Made by a program: the position numbers and the translations under genes. This document shows, piece by piece, positions 19,985 through 28,189 of a stretch of 64,000 bases of DNA (positions within the stretch are counted from its first letter, which is position 1; every line of letters starts with the position of its first letter). Below the pieces are notes generated by a model. It was not told the DNA's origin. It worked only from the letters and a program-made list of their open reading frames with translations, and searched no databases. This stretch comes from Candidatus Hydrogenedentota bacterium. Lineage in GTDB: Bacteria; Hydrogenedentota; Hydrogenedentia; Hydrogenedentales; SLHB01. The DNA is taken from positions 8,458-72,457 of the forward strand of contig JABWCD010000012.1 of the NCBI GenBank assembly GCA_013359265.1, given 5' to 3'.

Positions 19985-21226
19985 ATGGATAATGGCAAAG
20001 GCTACTTGGGAATAGGGATTATGGCCGCCGGCACGACGACGCTCCAAGGTAAGATCACCCGGTTGTACAAGGGTTTGACGAACTTGTACACCGAGTTGCC
20101 GTACCGTTTTTCGCGGGAGGCGTATTCTTTCCCGACATGGCACTACTATTTCGAGATCACACGCCGCTGCAACCTGCGCTGCAAGATGTGTCAGTACATC
20201 GACTGGCTGGAGACCGTGCCCACGCGGATTCAGGCGGAGGGCGAGCTCACCACCGAGGAGTGGTTGAACGTCGTCGACCAGACCGGGCGGTTCAGCTTCA
20301 TCACGTTTACCGGCGGCGAGGTGTTTGTTCGGAAGGACTTCATGCGGATCTTCGAGTACGCCTGCTCGAAGCGGCGCGTTCATTTTATCTCGAACGCGAC
20401 GATGCTGACGGACGAGCGCGCGAAGCGTTGTGTCGAGCTCGCGCCGAAGCGGCTCGGCGGGATTGGGTTCAACTTTGCGGGCGTGTCGCTCGATGGCACG
20501 CAAGAGACGCACGACGTCATCCGCGCGCAGCGCGGCGCCTACGATAAGAGCATTAGGGGCATCGAGGCGATTGCGAAGTATCGCGAGGAACTCGGCAAGC
20601 CGGCGCCATTGATTCACATCAATACGGTGATTCAGGAAGCGAACCTCCACTGCCTGCCGGAGATGCCGCACGTCGCAAAGGACGCGGGCGCAAACGTGTT
20701 GAACTTGCTTACCGAAACGCGCGTTCACGACATCCCCGAGTTGGGCCGCGTCGATCCCGGCACGCTCACGCGCGACGACTTCAAGCAACCGCGCATCGAG
20801 CGCAAACGCCTGGAGGAGTCCCTGCACAAGACGCTGGATGAGGCGGCGCGCATCGGTATCGAAGTGCGCATGCCGCGCATGCCGTTCGAGGAAGTCGTCA
20901 ACCACTACGACCAAGGCTACGATCTGCGCAAGTTCGACTGCCGCTCAATCTGGTCCACGCTCATCGTCGGCGCCAAGGGCGGCGTGTACCCCTGCTGGAT
21001 TCAGAAGGTCGGCAACGTCCGCGAAAATACCCTGAAGGAACTGCGCAACAACGAAATCACCCGGCAATTCCGCCAGCGCCGCCGCGAGAGCGGGTTTGCA
21101 GTTTGCCGTGGGTGCTGCGAAATTCTCTACCGCGGCGAGGCGCACGCCAAAACCGGCGACCCCATCCCTGTCTCCGACACGCCTCCGCAAAGCGAAGAAG
21201 CGGCCGAGACCTTCGCGGTGAAGTAA
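19985..21226 (+). CDS. Radical SAM enzyme with a SPASM-like C-terminal Cys cluster
   Basis: The CNLRCKMC motif (CxxxCxxC) lies near the N-terminus. C-terminal cysteines are CRSIW...YPCW...CRGCC. The start is uncertain; the alternative is ATG 20021. Confidence 0.85.
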   Translation: MDNGKGYLGIGIMAAGTTTLQGKITRLYKGLTNLYTELPYRFSREAYSFPTWHYYFEITRRCNLRCKMCQYIDWLETVPTRIQAEGELTTEEWLNVVDQTGRFSFITFTGGEVFVRKDFMRIFEYACSKRRVHFISNATMLTDERAKRCVELAPKRLGGIGFNFAGVSLDGTQETHDVIRAQRGAYDKSIRGIEAIAKYREELGKPAPLIHINTVIQEANLHCLPEMPHVAKDAGANVLNLLTETRVHDIPELGRVDPGTLTRDDFKQPRIERKRLEESLHKTLDEAARIGIEVRMPRMPFEEVVNHYDQGYDLRKFDCRSIWSTLIVGAKGGVYPCWIQKVGNVRENTLKELRNNEITRQFRQRRRESGFAVCRGCCEILYRGEAHAKTGDPIPVSDTPPQSEEAAETFAVK

Positions 21227-21314
21227 GCGCTACCTGTCCTTGGCAGAGAGAGGTTTCTCTCAAGGCCGTCCCATTCCACTTGTTCGGGCTTTCGCTGCAA
21301 TCCTATCCGCAGGG

Positions 21315-21545
21315 CGATAGAGTCATGTCGATAGGAGGCCGAGATGTCGTTGAAGGAACGAGTTCAGGACGAGATGAAGTCGGCGATGAAGGACAAGAAT
21401 GTACCGCGGCTCGAGTGTCTGCGGATCGTGAAGGACGCGTTGCTGTTAAAGGAGAAGGAGTCGGACGACGCGCTGACGGACGGGGCGTCGGTTGCCATGT
21501 TGCGCGCGGAAGTCAAGAAGCGGCAACAGTCGCTGGAGATTCCGA
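21315..21545 (+). repeat. Direct repeat copy 1 (yqeY RBS plus 5' coding region)
   Basis: Aligns by eye with 21921..22155, starting at CGATAGAGT and including the TAGGAGGCCG RBS. Confidence 0.8.
21344..21545 (+). pseudogene. Truncated 5' copy of the GatB/YqeY-domain gene
   Basis: The first ~66 codons (MSLKERVQDEMKSAMKDKNVPRLECLRIVKDALLLKEKESDDALTDGASVAMLRAEVKKRQQSLEI) are about 85-90% identical to the start of 21953..22393. The reading frame then runs into unrelated low-GC sequence. Confidence 0.6.
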
Positions 21546-21920
21546 TTCGTATGAGAACATCGACTACTTTGCTTTCTTCCCCAGCTTTAAGACCGCGCAG
21601 CTACTTTGCCATCCCGTTGCAATGCGAAGCGGAGCTTCTGGAGCGGGTGCGTTTCCAGGCAGGGAGCTTGGGAACGAGACGAACATCCAACGGCCCGTGG
21701 CAAGACTCCTGTAGCGTCCGGTTTCCATGCCGGGCGAAAGGGCCCAAAGACAGTTTTGCCGGGAAATTCACGTCCGCCATGGAAGGACGGACGCTACATT
21801 TTCCGCCAACAGAACTTTTGCCACAGGGCTGCTAAGCCGTAACGAGTGAAGACGGGCACTCCGGATGGAGCAATTCGTCCGGAGATTTCTTATTGACGCA
21901 TTGAAAATGGGCGAAGCAGC

Positions 21921-22155
21921 CGATAGAGTTTCTGCATGGTTAGGAGGCCGTGATGTCGCTCAAAGATCGTGTTCAGGACGAGATGAAGTCTGCGATGAAG
22001 GACAAGAACACGCCGCGGCTCGAGTGTCTGCGGATGGTGAAGGGCGCGTTGCTGTTGAAGGAGAAGGAGTCGGGCGACGCGCTGACGGACGAGGCGTCGG
22101 TTGCCGTGTTGCGCGCGGAAGTCAAGAAGCGGCAACAGTCGCTCGACATTTTCCG
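21921..22155 (+). repeat. Direct repeat copy 2 (part of the intact yqeY)
   Basis: See copy 1. The two copies are separated by about 375 nt of unrelated lower-GC sequence. Confidence 0.8.
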
Positions 22156-22393
22156 TGACTTAGGCAAGGCAGCGGAAACCGCGGCGACGGAAGCCGAGAT
22201 TGCGATCATAAACGAATTCCTGCCACAGCAACTCTCCGAAGCGGACTTGGAGGCAAAGGTGCGCTCATACCTTGCGGCACACCCGGAACTGAACCACGCG
22301 GGAAAACTAACCGGCGCGATGAAAAAGGAATTGGGCGACCTCGCGGACGGTCGTGTGCTGAACGAAGTCTGCAAGCGGGTCGTGGGAGGATAG
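21953..22393 (+). CDS. GatB/YqeY domain-containing protein
   Basis: 146 aa. MSLKDRVQDEMKSAMKDKNTPRLECLRMVKGALLLKEKE and the C-terminal GKLTGAMKKELGDLADGR are typical of the YqeY family. Confidence 0.85.
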   Translation: MSLKDRVQDEMKSAMKDKNTPRLECLRMVKGALLLKEKESGDALTDEASVAVLRAEVKKRQQSLDIFRDLGKAAETAATEAEIAIINEFLPQQLSEADLEAKVRSYLAAHPELNHAGKLTGAMKKELGDLADGRVLNEVCKRVVGG

Positions 22394-22398
22394 CGTTC

Positions 22399-22818
22399 AT
22401 GCGTGCGGTAATGCGTGCGGGCTTGGTGCTTGTCGTTGGGTTGGCCGCCGGATGTTCGCCCGCCAACGCTCCTGCGCCAGCGCAGTCCGCCGACGCGCCT
22501 GCTGCGGAGGCGCCGAAAGCCGATGCACTGCCCGCGGACGTGCCGATTCCGGTCGGCCTCGAAGGGCGCAAGGACTCGACTCAACCGGGCAGCGGATACT
22601 TCGTCGTGCAAGGCCAAATTCCTTCGTCGGTCCCAGAGGCGGTTGCAGAGTTTCGCAAGCAGGCCGAGAGCGCCGGATGGAAGGCGCTGGGCGAGGCGCC
22701 TTCCGACGATTCGGTCGCGACGCTCGCATTCGAGAAGGAAACACGTTCCCTGAAGATCACGCTGGTCAAGGCAGAGAACACCGTCACAAATATGAACTTG
22801 ATGACGGGGCCGAAGTAA
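22399..22818 (+). CDS. Small lipoprotein, hypothetical
   Basis: 139 aa with a signal peptide and LAAGC lipobox. It starts 5 nt after yqeY. Confidence 0.6.
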   Translation: MRAVMRAGLVLVVGLAAGCSPANAPAPAQSADAPAAEAPKADALPADVPIPVGLEGRKDSTQPGSGYFVVQGQIPSSVPEAVAEFRKQAESAGWKALGEAPSDDSVATLAFEKETRSLKITLVKAENTVTNMNLMTGPK

Positions 22819-22867
22819 CAGCCCTTCGCGATTGGGCCATCACTCATGTGTGTCCGCTCGCAATCCC

Positions 22868-22897
22868 TTGACAAATCGCTTTAATAGCATAGATAAT
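22868..22897 (+). promoter_or_regulatory. Sigma70-like promoter candidate
   Basis: TTGACA (22868-22873), an 18-nt spacer, then GATAAT (22892-22897). It lies about 50 nt upstream of the kinase gene. Confidence 0.3.
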
Positions 22898-22945
22898 TCT
22901 GTCTCTGGCCTTCCTGCCAGGCGGAGGGGTTAACTTCGTGACAGC

Positions 22946-25204
22946 GTGAGTTGGTTTACTTTTGGGGCCCTCGGCGAATTGCCAGACGATGAGGACAGAG
23001 TTCGGGCACGCTCGCAGCCAGAGTACCGGCCCGCATACGCGCTGCTTTTGGTTCTGAGCGGCTCAATCTTCGTCTTGCAGTACGCGTTCGTCGCGGCGTT
23101 TCCATACCTGGCGACGCTGCTACCCGCCGGAACGGTCGATGTCGTCCATGCAGCACTCCTGACACTGTTTCTATTCCCACTGCTGCTCGTCTTCGTCCTG
23201 CGACCGATGATGCGTCAAATTGCGGCGCGCGAGAAAACCCAGGCGGCGCTTCGTACGCTTGCTGACGGACTGGAGTCGCGGGTCCGGGAGCAAACCGCCG
23301 CGTTGCGCACGGAAATCGAGGAGCGCAAACAGGCGGCCGAATCGCTGAAGCTATTCCGATCGCTGATGGATAAGAGTCTTGATGCAATCGCGATCATCGA
23401 TCCCGATACGGCGCGCGTTCTCGACGCCAACGAGGAAGCGTGCAATGCACTGGGTTACACGCGGGAGGAACTGCTGACGAAACGGGTCTTCGATTTCGAT
23501 CCGCTCGTCGATCAATCCGAGTACACACGGCGCGCGGAGGAACTGCGCAAGTCCGGTTCGTGGAGCCTCGAAAGCCTCCACCGTCGAAAAGACGGGACGA
23601 CTTACCCGATCGAGGTCACGCTGCGATATGTATCGCTTGGACGAGATTATATCGTGAGCGTCGCGCGCGACATTACGGAACGCTTGCGCACGGAGGAGGA
23701 GCGAAAACGGCTGGCGATGGCGGTCGAGCACGCGGCCGAGACGATCGTGATTACGGACACGACGGGTGCGATTGTGTACGTTAACCCGGCGTTCGAAAAG
23801 ATTACCGGTTACACGCGTGACGAGGCGGTTGGGCAGAACCCGAGGATACTTAAGAGCGGCAAACAGGGCGGCGCGTTCTACGCGCACCTTTGGGAGACCA
23901 TTTCCCGCGGCGAGGTGTGGCGCGGAAACATGACCAACAAGCGGAAGGATGGGAGCTTATACGAGGAAGACGCTACCATCTCGCCGGTACGCGACAGCCG
24001 TGGAAATGTAATCGCGTTCGTTGCGATCAAACGCGATATTACAGAGCAACTGAACCTGGAAGCCCAGTTGCGCCAGTCGCAAAAGATGGAAGCAATCGGG
24101 GGACTGGCGGCTGGAATAGCGCATGACTTCAACAACATCCTCGCCGCAATCCTGGGGTACACCCAAATCGCAATGCTGGATATGGCCGCGGACGACCCGC
24201 TCCATAAGCACCTGGAGCAGGTCGAAAAGGCATCGCTTCGCGCGCGGGACCTCGTCCAGCACATACTGACGTTCAGCCGCCAGACGGAAGCGATTCTGCG
24301 GCCAGTCCGTCTAGACGTGATCATCGAGGAAGTATTGAAACTGTTGCGCGCCAGCCTTCCGCGCATCATCGAGTTTCGCGCCGACGTACAGCCTCTCGAC
24401 CATTTGGTGCGGGCAGACTCGACGCAGATTCACCAGGTGATTATGAACCTGTGTACAAATGCCGCTCACGCGATGCGGGTCCATGGCGGCGTACTGGAGG
24501 TGTCGCTCCGTTCGATCGAAGTGGACCGCCATACCCCCAAGGCTTCGCTCGAACTGAATGAAGGGTTGTGGGCCCAGATTTCGGTTTCCGATACGGGGCA
24601 TGGGATGGATTCGGCGACCGTTAATCGAATATTCGAACCGTTCTTCACGACGAAACATGACGAAGGGGGCACGGGACTGGGCCTGTCGACGGTCCACGGA
24701 ATTGTGAAGCAGCACGGAGGGACTATTACCGTATACAGCGAACCGGGCCAGGGTACGGTCTTTCACATTTACTTACCGCTAATCCTCGGGGCGGAGGAGG
24801 ACGCGTCGCATCGGCATACGGAAGCGCCACGCGGGAATGGCGAGCGGGTTCTCGTCGTGGACGATGAGGAGCCGGTGGCGTTGATGACAGCCGGAATGCT
24901 GGAGAAACTTGGCTACACGGTGACGGTGCGGACAAGCGCCGTCGAAGCGATCGCTACATTCCGCGCGGACCCGGGCCAGTTCGATCTTGTGATCACCGAC
25001 CAAACGATGCCACAGATGACAGGCAGGTCCCTGATAGCGGAGCTGAGACGAATCCGGCCCGATATCGTGGTGCTTATGGCCACGGGTTACGGCGCCAACG
25101 TCGACGAAAGGTCGTTGCAGGTTGCGGCCATACTCTTGAAACCGGTTCTATTTGACCAGTTGGCGGTCGCAGTGCGGGCGGCCCTGCAACCGAGTACGCG
25201 GTAA
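22946..25204 (+). CDS. Hybrid sensor histidine kinase (TM, PAS x2, HisKA, HATPase, receiver)
   Basis: 752 aa with a GTG start. It has the H-box IAHDFNNILAAI, the G-box DTGHGMD...GGTGLGLS, and a C-terminal receiver (VLVVDDEE...DLVITDQTMPQMTG). Confidence 0.9.
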   Translation: MSWFTFGALGELPDDEDRVRARSQPEYRPAYALLLVLSGSIFVLQYAFVAAFPYLATLLPAGTVDVVHAALLTLFLFPLLLVFVLRPMMRQIAAREKTQAALRTLADGLESRVREQTAALRTEIEERKQAAESLKLFRSLMDKSLDAIAIIDPDTARVLDANEEACNALGYTREELLTKRVFDFDPLVDQSEYTRRAEELRKSGSWSLESLHRRKDGTTYPIEVTLRYVSLGRDYIVSVARDITERLRTEEERKRLAMAVEHAAETIVITDTTGAIVYVNPAFEKITGYTRDEAVGQNPRILKSGKQGGAFYAHLWETISRGEVWRGNMTNKRKDGSLYEEDATISPVRDSRGNVIAFVAIKRDITEQLNLEAQLRQSQKMEAIGGLAAGIAHDFNNILAAILGYTQIAMLDMAADDPLHKHLEQVEKASLRARDLVQHILTFSRQTEAILRPVRLDVIIEEVLKLLRASLPRIIEFRADVQPLDHLVRADSTQIHQVIMNLCTNAAHAMRVHGGVLEVSLRSIEVDRHTPKASLELNEGLWAQISVSDTGHGMDSATVNRIFEPFFTTKHDEGGTGLGLSTVHGIVKQHGGTITVYSEPGQGTVFHIYLPLILGAEEDASHRHTEAPRGNGERVLVVDDEEPVALMTAGMLEKLGYTVTVRTSAVEAIATFRADPGQFDLVITDQTMPQMTGRSLIAELRRIRPDIVVLMATGYGANVDERSLQVAAILLKPVLFDQLAVAVRAALQPSTR

Positions 25205-25263
25205 AGCGCCGCCTTGCGATCGGTTCCGTATATCATAAGCGGAAAGAGGCAGTCGTAGTTAAC

Positions 25264-26547
25264 ATGAAGAACGAAACGAGTCCGTACCGCGCCCTGGTAG
25301 TGGATGACGACGCGAACGTCAGGGAATTACTCCGGCTTTCCTTCGAGCGTGAAGGTGTGCGGTGTGAAGTGGCCGAAGACGGAATTGTTGCGGAAAACCA
25401 GTTGCGCCAAAGAAACTTCGACGTCCTTGTCACGGACCTGCGCATGCCGAGAAAACACGGTCACCAACTCATTACGGAAGTACTGGCGAAACACAATCGC
25501 CCCATGGTGATCGTCATCACCGGGGTTGCGGATCCGCGGATTGTGGGAGATCTGTTCGCCCGTGGCGTCGCGGACGTGGTATCCAAGCCGTTCGATTTTC
25601 CCATTTTTGCGGTCAAAGTGCGTGCCATGTTGGACCGTCAGACGAAAGGCATCGACATGGCGCAGCCCCATGCTGGTGTGGCGGGGCAAATCGACCAGGC
25701 CAGTCTTGCGTTGCAGGCACAGTTGGCCCAAATCACCGAGAGCTTCAATGCGACGATCTCAAACCTCACTAGCCAGAAAGAGGCGCTCGAAGCGGGCTTC
25801 CTCAATTCGGTGCGAGTATTTACCAGCTTGATAGCTGAGAGCGGACACTCCGACGAGAGCCACGCCGTTCGCGTCGAGCAGATGGCGATGGACTTGGCGG
25901 ACGCCGCGGAATTGACGAGTTCGGAGAAGAATGTTCTGGGAATCGCCGCCCTGCTGCATGATATAGGACAATTCGGGATGCCGGACTCGATCCGAAGCAA
26001 GCCGCCCTGGTTGCTGGACCCCGATGAGCGGGCCGTATATTGCCGGTATCCGCTGATCGGCGCGTCGCTCATGGGCGAGATGCCGGGAGCAATGAAGATA
26101 GCCGGGCTTATCGAGCAGCATTCCGAGAACTTCGACGGGACGGGTTTTCCCTGGAATTTGGAGGGGCCTCACGTGTCGATCTCCGCGCGCATCATTCGCA
26201 TCGCGGACGGAGTGGACACGTTTCTGTCACATGCGCGCGGCGAAAACGCGATCGATCAAGTGTGCGAACATATTCGCGCACAGCGCGGCAAAGCCTACGA
26301 TCCGGAACTTGTTCCGCGCGCCTTGGTCTACGTCACCGATTACTGGAAGGCGAGCCAGGATACGAAGACTGTCCGAGTGCCGGCTGACTCGCTACGGCCG
26401 GGATTGACCTTGGCTGAGAACGTTTACGACCCGGACGGCCACTTCTTGGCGCGAAGGGGCGCAACGTTGACCCTTTCGATGATTAGCCATCTGAGGAGCC
26501 TCATCGGCAAGCAGGATGTTTTGGTCGTCGAGCCGGAATCGGAATGA
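25264..26547 (+). CDS. Response regulator with an HD-GYP-type output domain (probable c-di-GMP phosphodiesterase)
   Basis: The receiver reads ALVVDDDANV...DVLVTDLRMP. The HD motif is LLHDIGQFGMP, and a GYP-like GTGFPW motif is present. Confidence 0.88.
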   Translation: MKNETSPYRALVVDDDANVRELLRLSFEREGVRCEVAEDGIVAENQLRQRNFDVLVTDLRMPRKHGHQLITEVLAKHNRPMVIVITGVADPRIVGDLFARGVADVVSKPFDFPIFAVKVRAMLDRQTKGIDMAQPHAGVAGQIDQASLALQAQLAQITESFNATISNLTSQKEALEAGFLNSVRVFTSLIAESGHSDESHAVRVEQMAMDLADAAELTSSEKNVLGIAALLHDIGQFGMPDSIRSKPPWLLDPDERAVYCRYPLIGASLMGEMPGAMKIAGLIEQHSENFDGTGFPWNLEGPHVSISARIIRIADGVDTFLSHARGENAIDQVCEHIRAQRGKAYDPELVPRALVYVTDYWKASQDTKTVRVPADSLRPGLTLAENVYDPDGHFLARRGATLTLSMISHLRSLIGKQDVLVVEPESE

Positions 26548-26874
26548 CAGGCCAACGAGCGACTCGCGAACGCGCCGTGTGCCGCAGCATGGACGATACG
26601 CCATCGAGTTGACGTCCCTCCGGCCCACCGGCGCCGGACCAATCCATGCCGGACGAGCGATGCGTGGCGGTGTGCGCAGGTGGTTGGCCGCAGCAGCACT
26701 CGAGACCGCGCCGCTCCTGGGAATTGCCGGCCACGACTGCCATTCGTGCGCCCGTCCGTGCTCCTAACCGTATTCGCACAAAATTGATCGCCTGCGGCCT
26801 AAAGCGAATACTAGAAGCGAGCGTGCAATTCGCCAATTCTTCCTAACTGCGCTTGCCGCCACTGGAGAGATCGG

Positions 26875-28077
26875 ATGCATACGCCACCCCGCCTGAGCCC
26901 ATTGTGCCGGACCTGCGGGATGCCGCTGGACTATGATCGGTACATGGCATCTGCGCAAATCGGCACGCAGGAATCCGGGCAATGTTCGTACTGTGCGAAC
27001 GCCCACGAGGATGACATTACGCCACCGACCAGCGGAGATGTTGAGAAACTGCTCGAAATTCTGATTCGAGTCTATCGCGCGGATCGCAGTCCGTGGCGAA
27101 TGCTGGCGAAGTGCGTACTCGCTATGAAACCGATTATGCCGTCTGCCGTGCTCGCCCCGATGAAAGTGATAGATTCTGTGCCGCGCAAGTCGCCGGCTTC
27201 CAAGTACGATGCCGTGGTGTTGTACAGCGGCGGCAAAGATTCCTCGTACATGCTGCTCAACCTCGCGAAACGCGATTTGCGACTGTGCGCGTGGATGCTT
27301 CAGCAGGGGTACCAATCGCCGCATGCGATTGCCAACGCGCGCCGCCTTTGCGACAAGATAGGCGTGCCACTTCACATCGAAACGCCGGGCAAGCACCTGA
27401 TGGATCAGGTGTTTCGCGCGGGGCTCGACGTAGATTCCCGCGAGAGCGAAAGCGACGTGCTCCGGGCGGCGATGACGTATGGTTCGGCGTGTGGCGCGTG
27501 TTTTACCTCGATTGCGTCGTACGCCGCCAAGTTCTGCATCGAGAACGACCCGGCATTCTGCTTCATCGGTACGCAGGAGGGACAGAACCGAATGGACCTG
27601 AGCGGAAAGCCGGTACTTGCGACCGAATCGCTGCCTACGGTCGATATCATGTTGAGCCGGGCTTTCTTCGCGCTACGCCGCCGAATCGAGGAGCAGGTCC
27701 CCGGAGCGTTGCCGGACATCAAGCCGGGCGCGTGCCGCACGGTTTTGGTGCCGTTTTACGAGTTCGTGCGAAAGCCACCGCTGCCCGAGCAGATCGCCGA
27801 ATTGCAGAAGGTGGGCTGGGAGATGCCGAACAATACCGGCACATGCAGCACGAATTGCATGGTCAACGAACTCGGTCGTCACGTGATGCGGCACCGGTTC
27901 GGTTTTGACCTCTACCAAATCATGGACGCCAACGAGCGGCGTCTTAAGATGTGCCGGGGCGAGCGCGTAGTCGAAGCGCACGACGATGAGCACGTCGACG
28001 CCGAGCAAGTCGCGCGCGCGGCCAAAATCATGGGCCTCACGGCAGACGAAAAACGCCGGTATGGCATCGAGGTCTAG
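26875..28077 (+). CDS. PP-loop ATP pyrophosphatase with an N-terminal zinc ribbon (N-acetyl-sugar amidotransferase/WbuX-like)
   Basis: The Cys pairs CRTCGMP...CSYC are followed by the PP-loop VLYSGGKDSSYML. The layout resembles the TIGR03573-type amidotransferase family, judged by eye. Confidence 0.7.
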   Translation: MHTPPRLSPLCRTCGMPLDYDRYMASAQIGTQESGQCSYCANAHEDDITPPTSGDVEKLLEILIRVYRADRSPWRMLAKCVLAMKPIMPSAVLAPMKVIDSVPRKSPASKYDAVVLYSGGKDSSYMLLNLAKRDLRLCAWMLQQGYQSPHAIANARRLCDKIGVPLHIETPGKHLMDQVFRAGLDVDSRESESDVLRAAMTYGSACGACFTSIASYAAKFCIENDPAFCFIGTQEGQNRMDLSGKPVLATESLPTVDIMLSRAFFALRRRIEEQVPGALPDIKPGACRTVLVPFYEFVRKPPLPEQIAELQKVGWEMPNNTGTCSTNCMVNELGRHVMRHRFGFDLYQIMDANERRLKMCRGERVVEAHDDEHVDAEQVARAAKIMGLTADEKRRYGIEV

Positions 28078-28189
28078 CGCGGAGTTCCGTCGCGCGTTCC
28101 TCCCTCCCATCGCGATTACCCGTACAGCGGGCCATCGGTCCCTGCAAAAGGGGCCGCCGATACGAAGCGGTCCCCGCGGGAAGCGCCGG

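Noticed and set aside
21546-21920. Known housekeeping ncRNA (RNase P, tmRNA, SRP or 6S) in the yqeY insert
   Set aside because: None of the hallmark conserved motifs I know for these RNAs are present. The insert remains unexplained (see findings).
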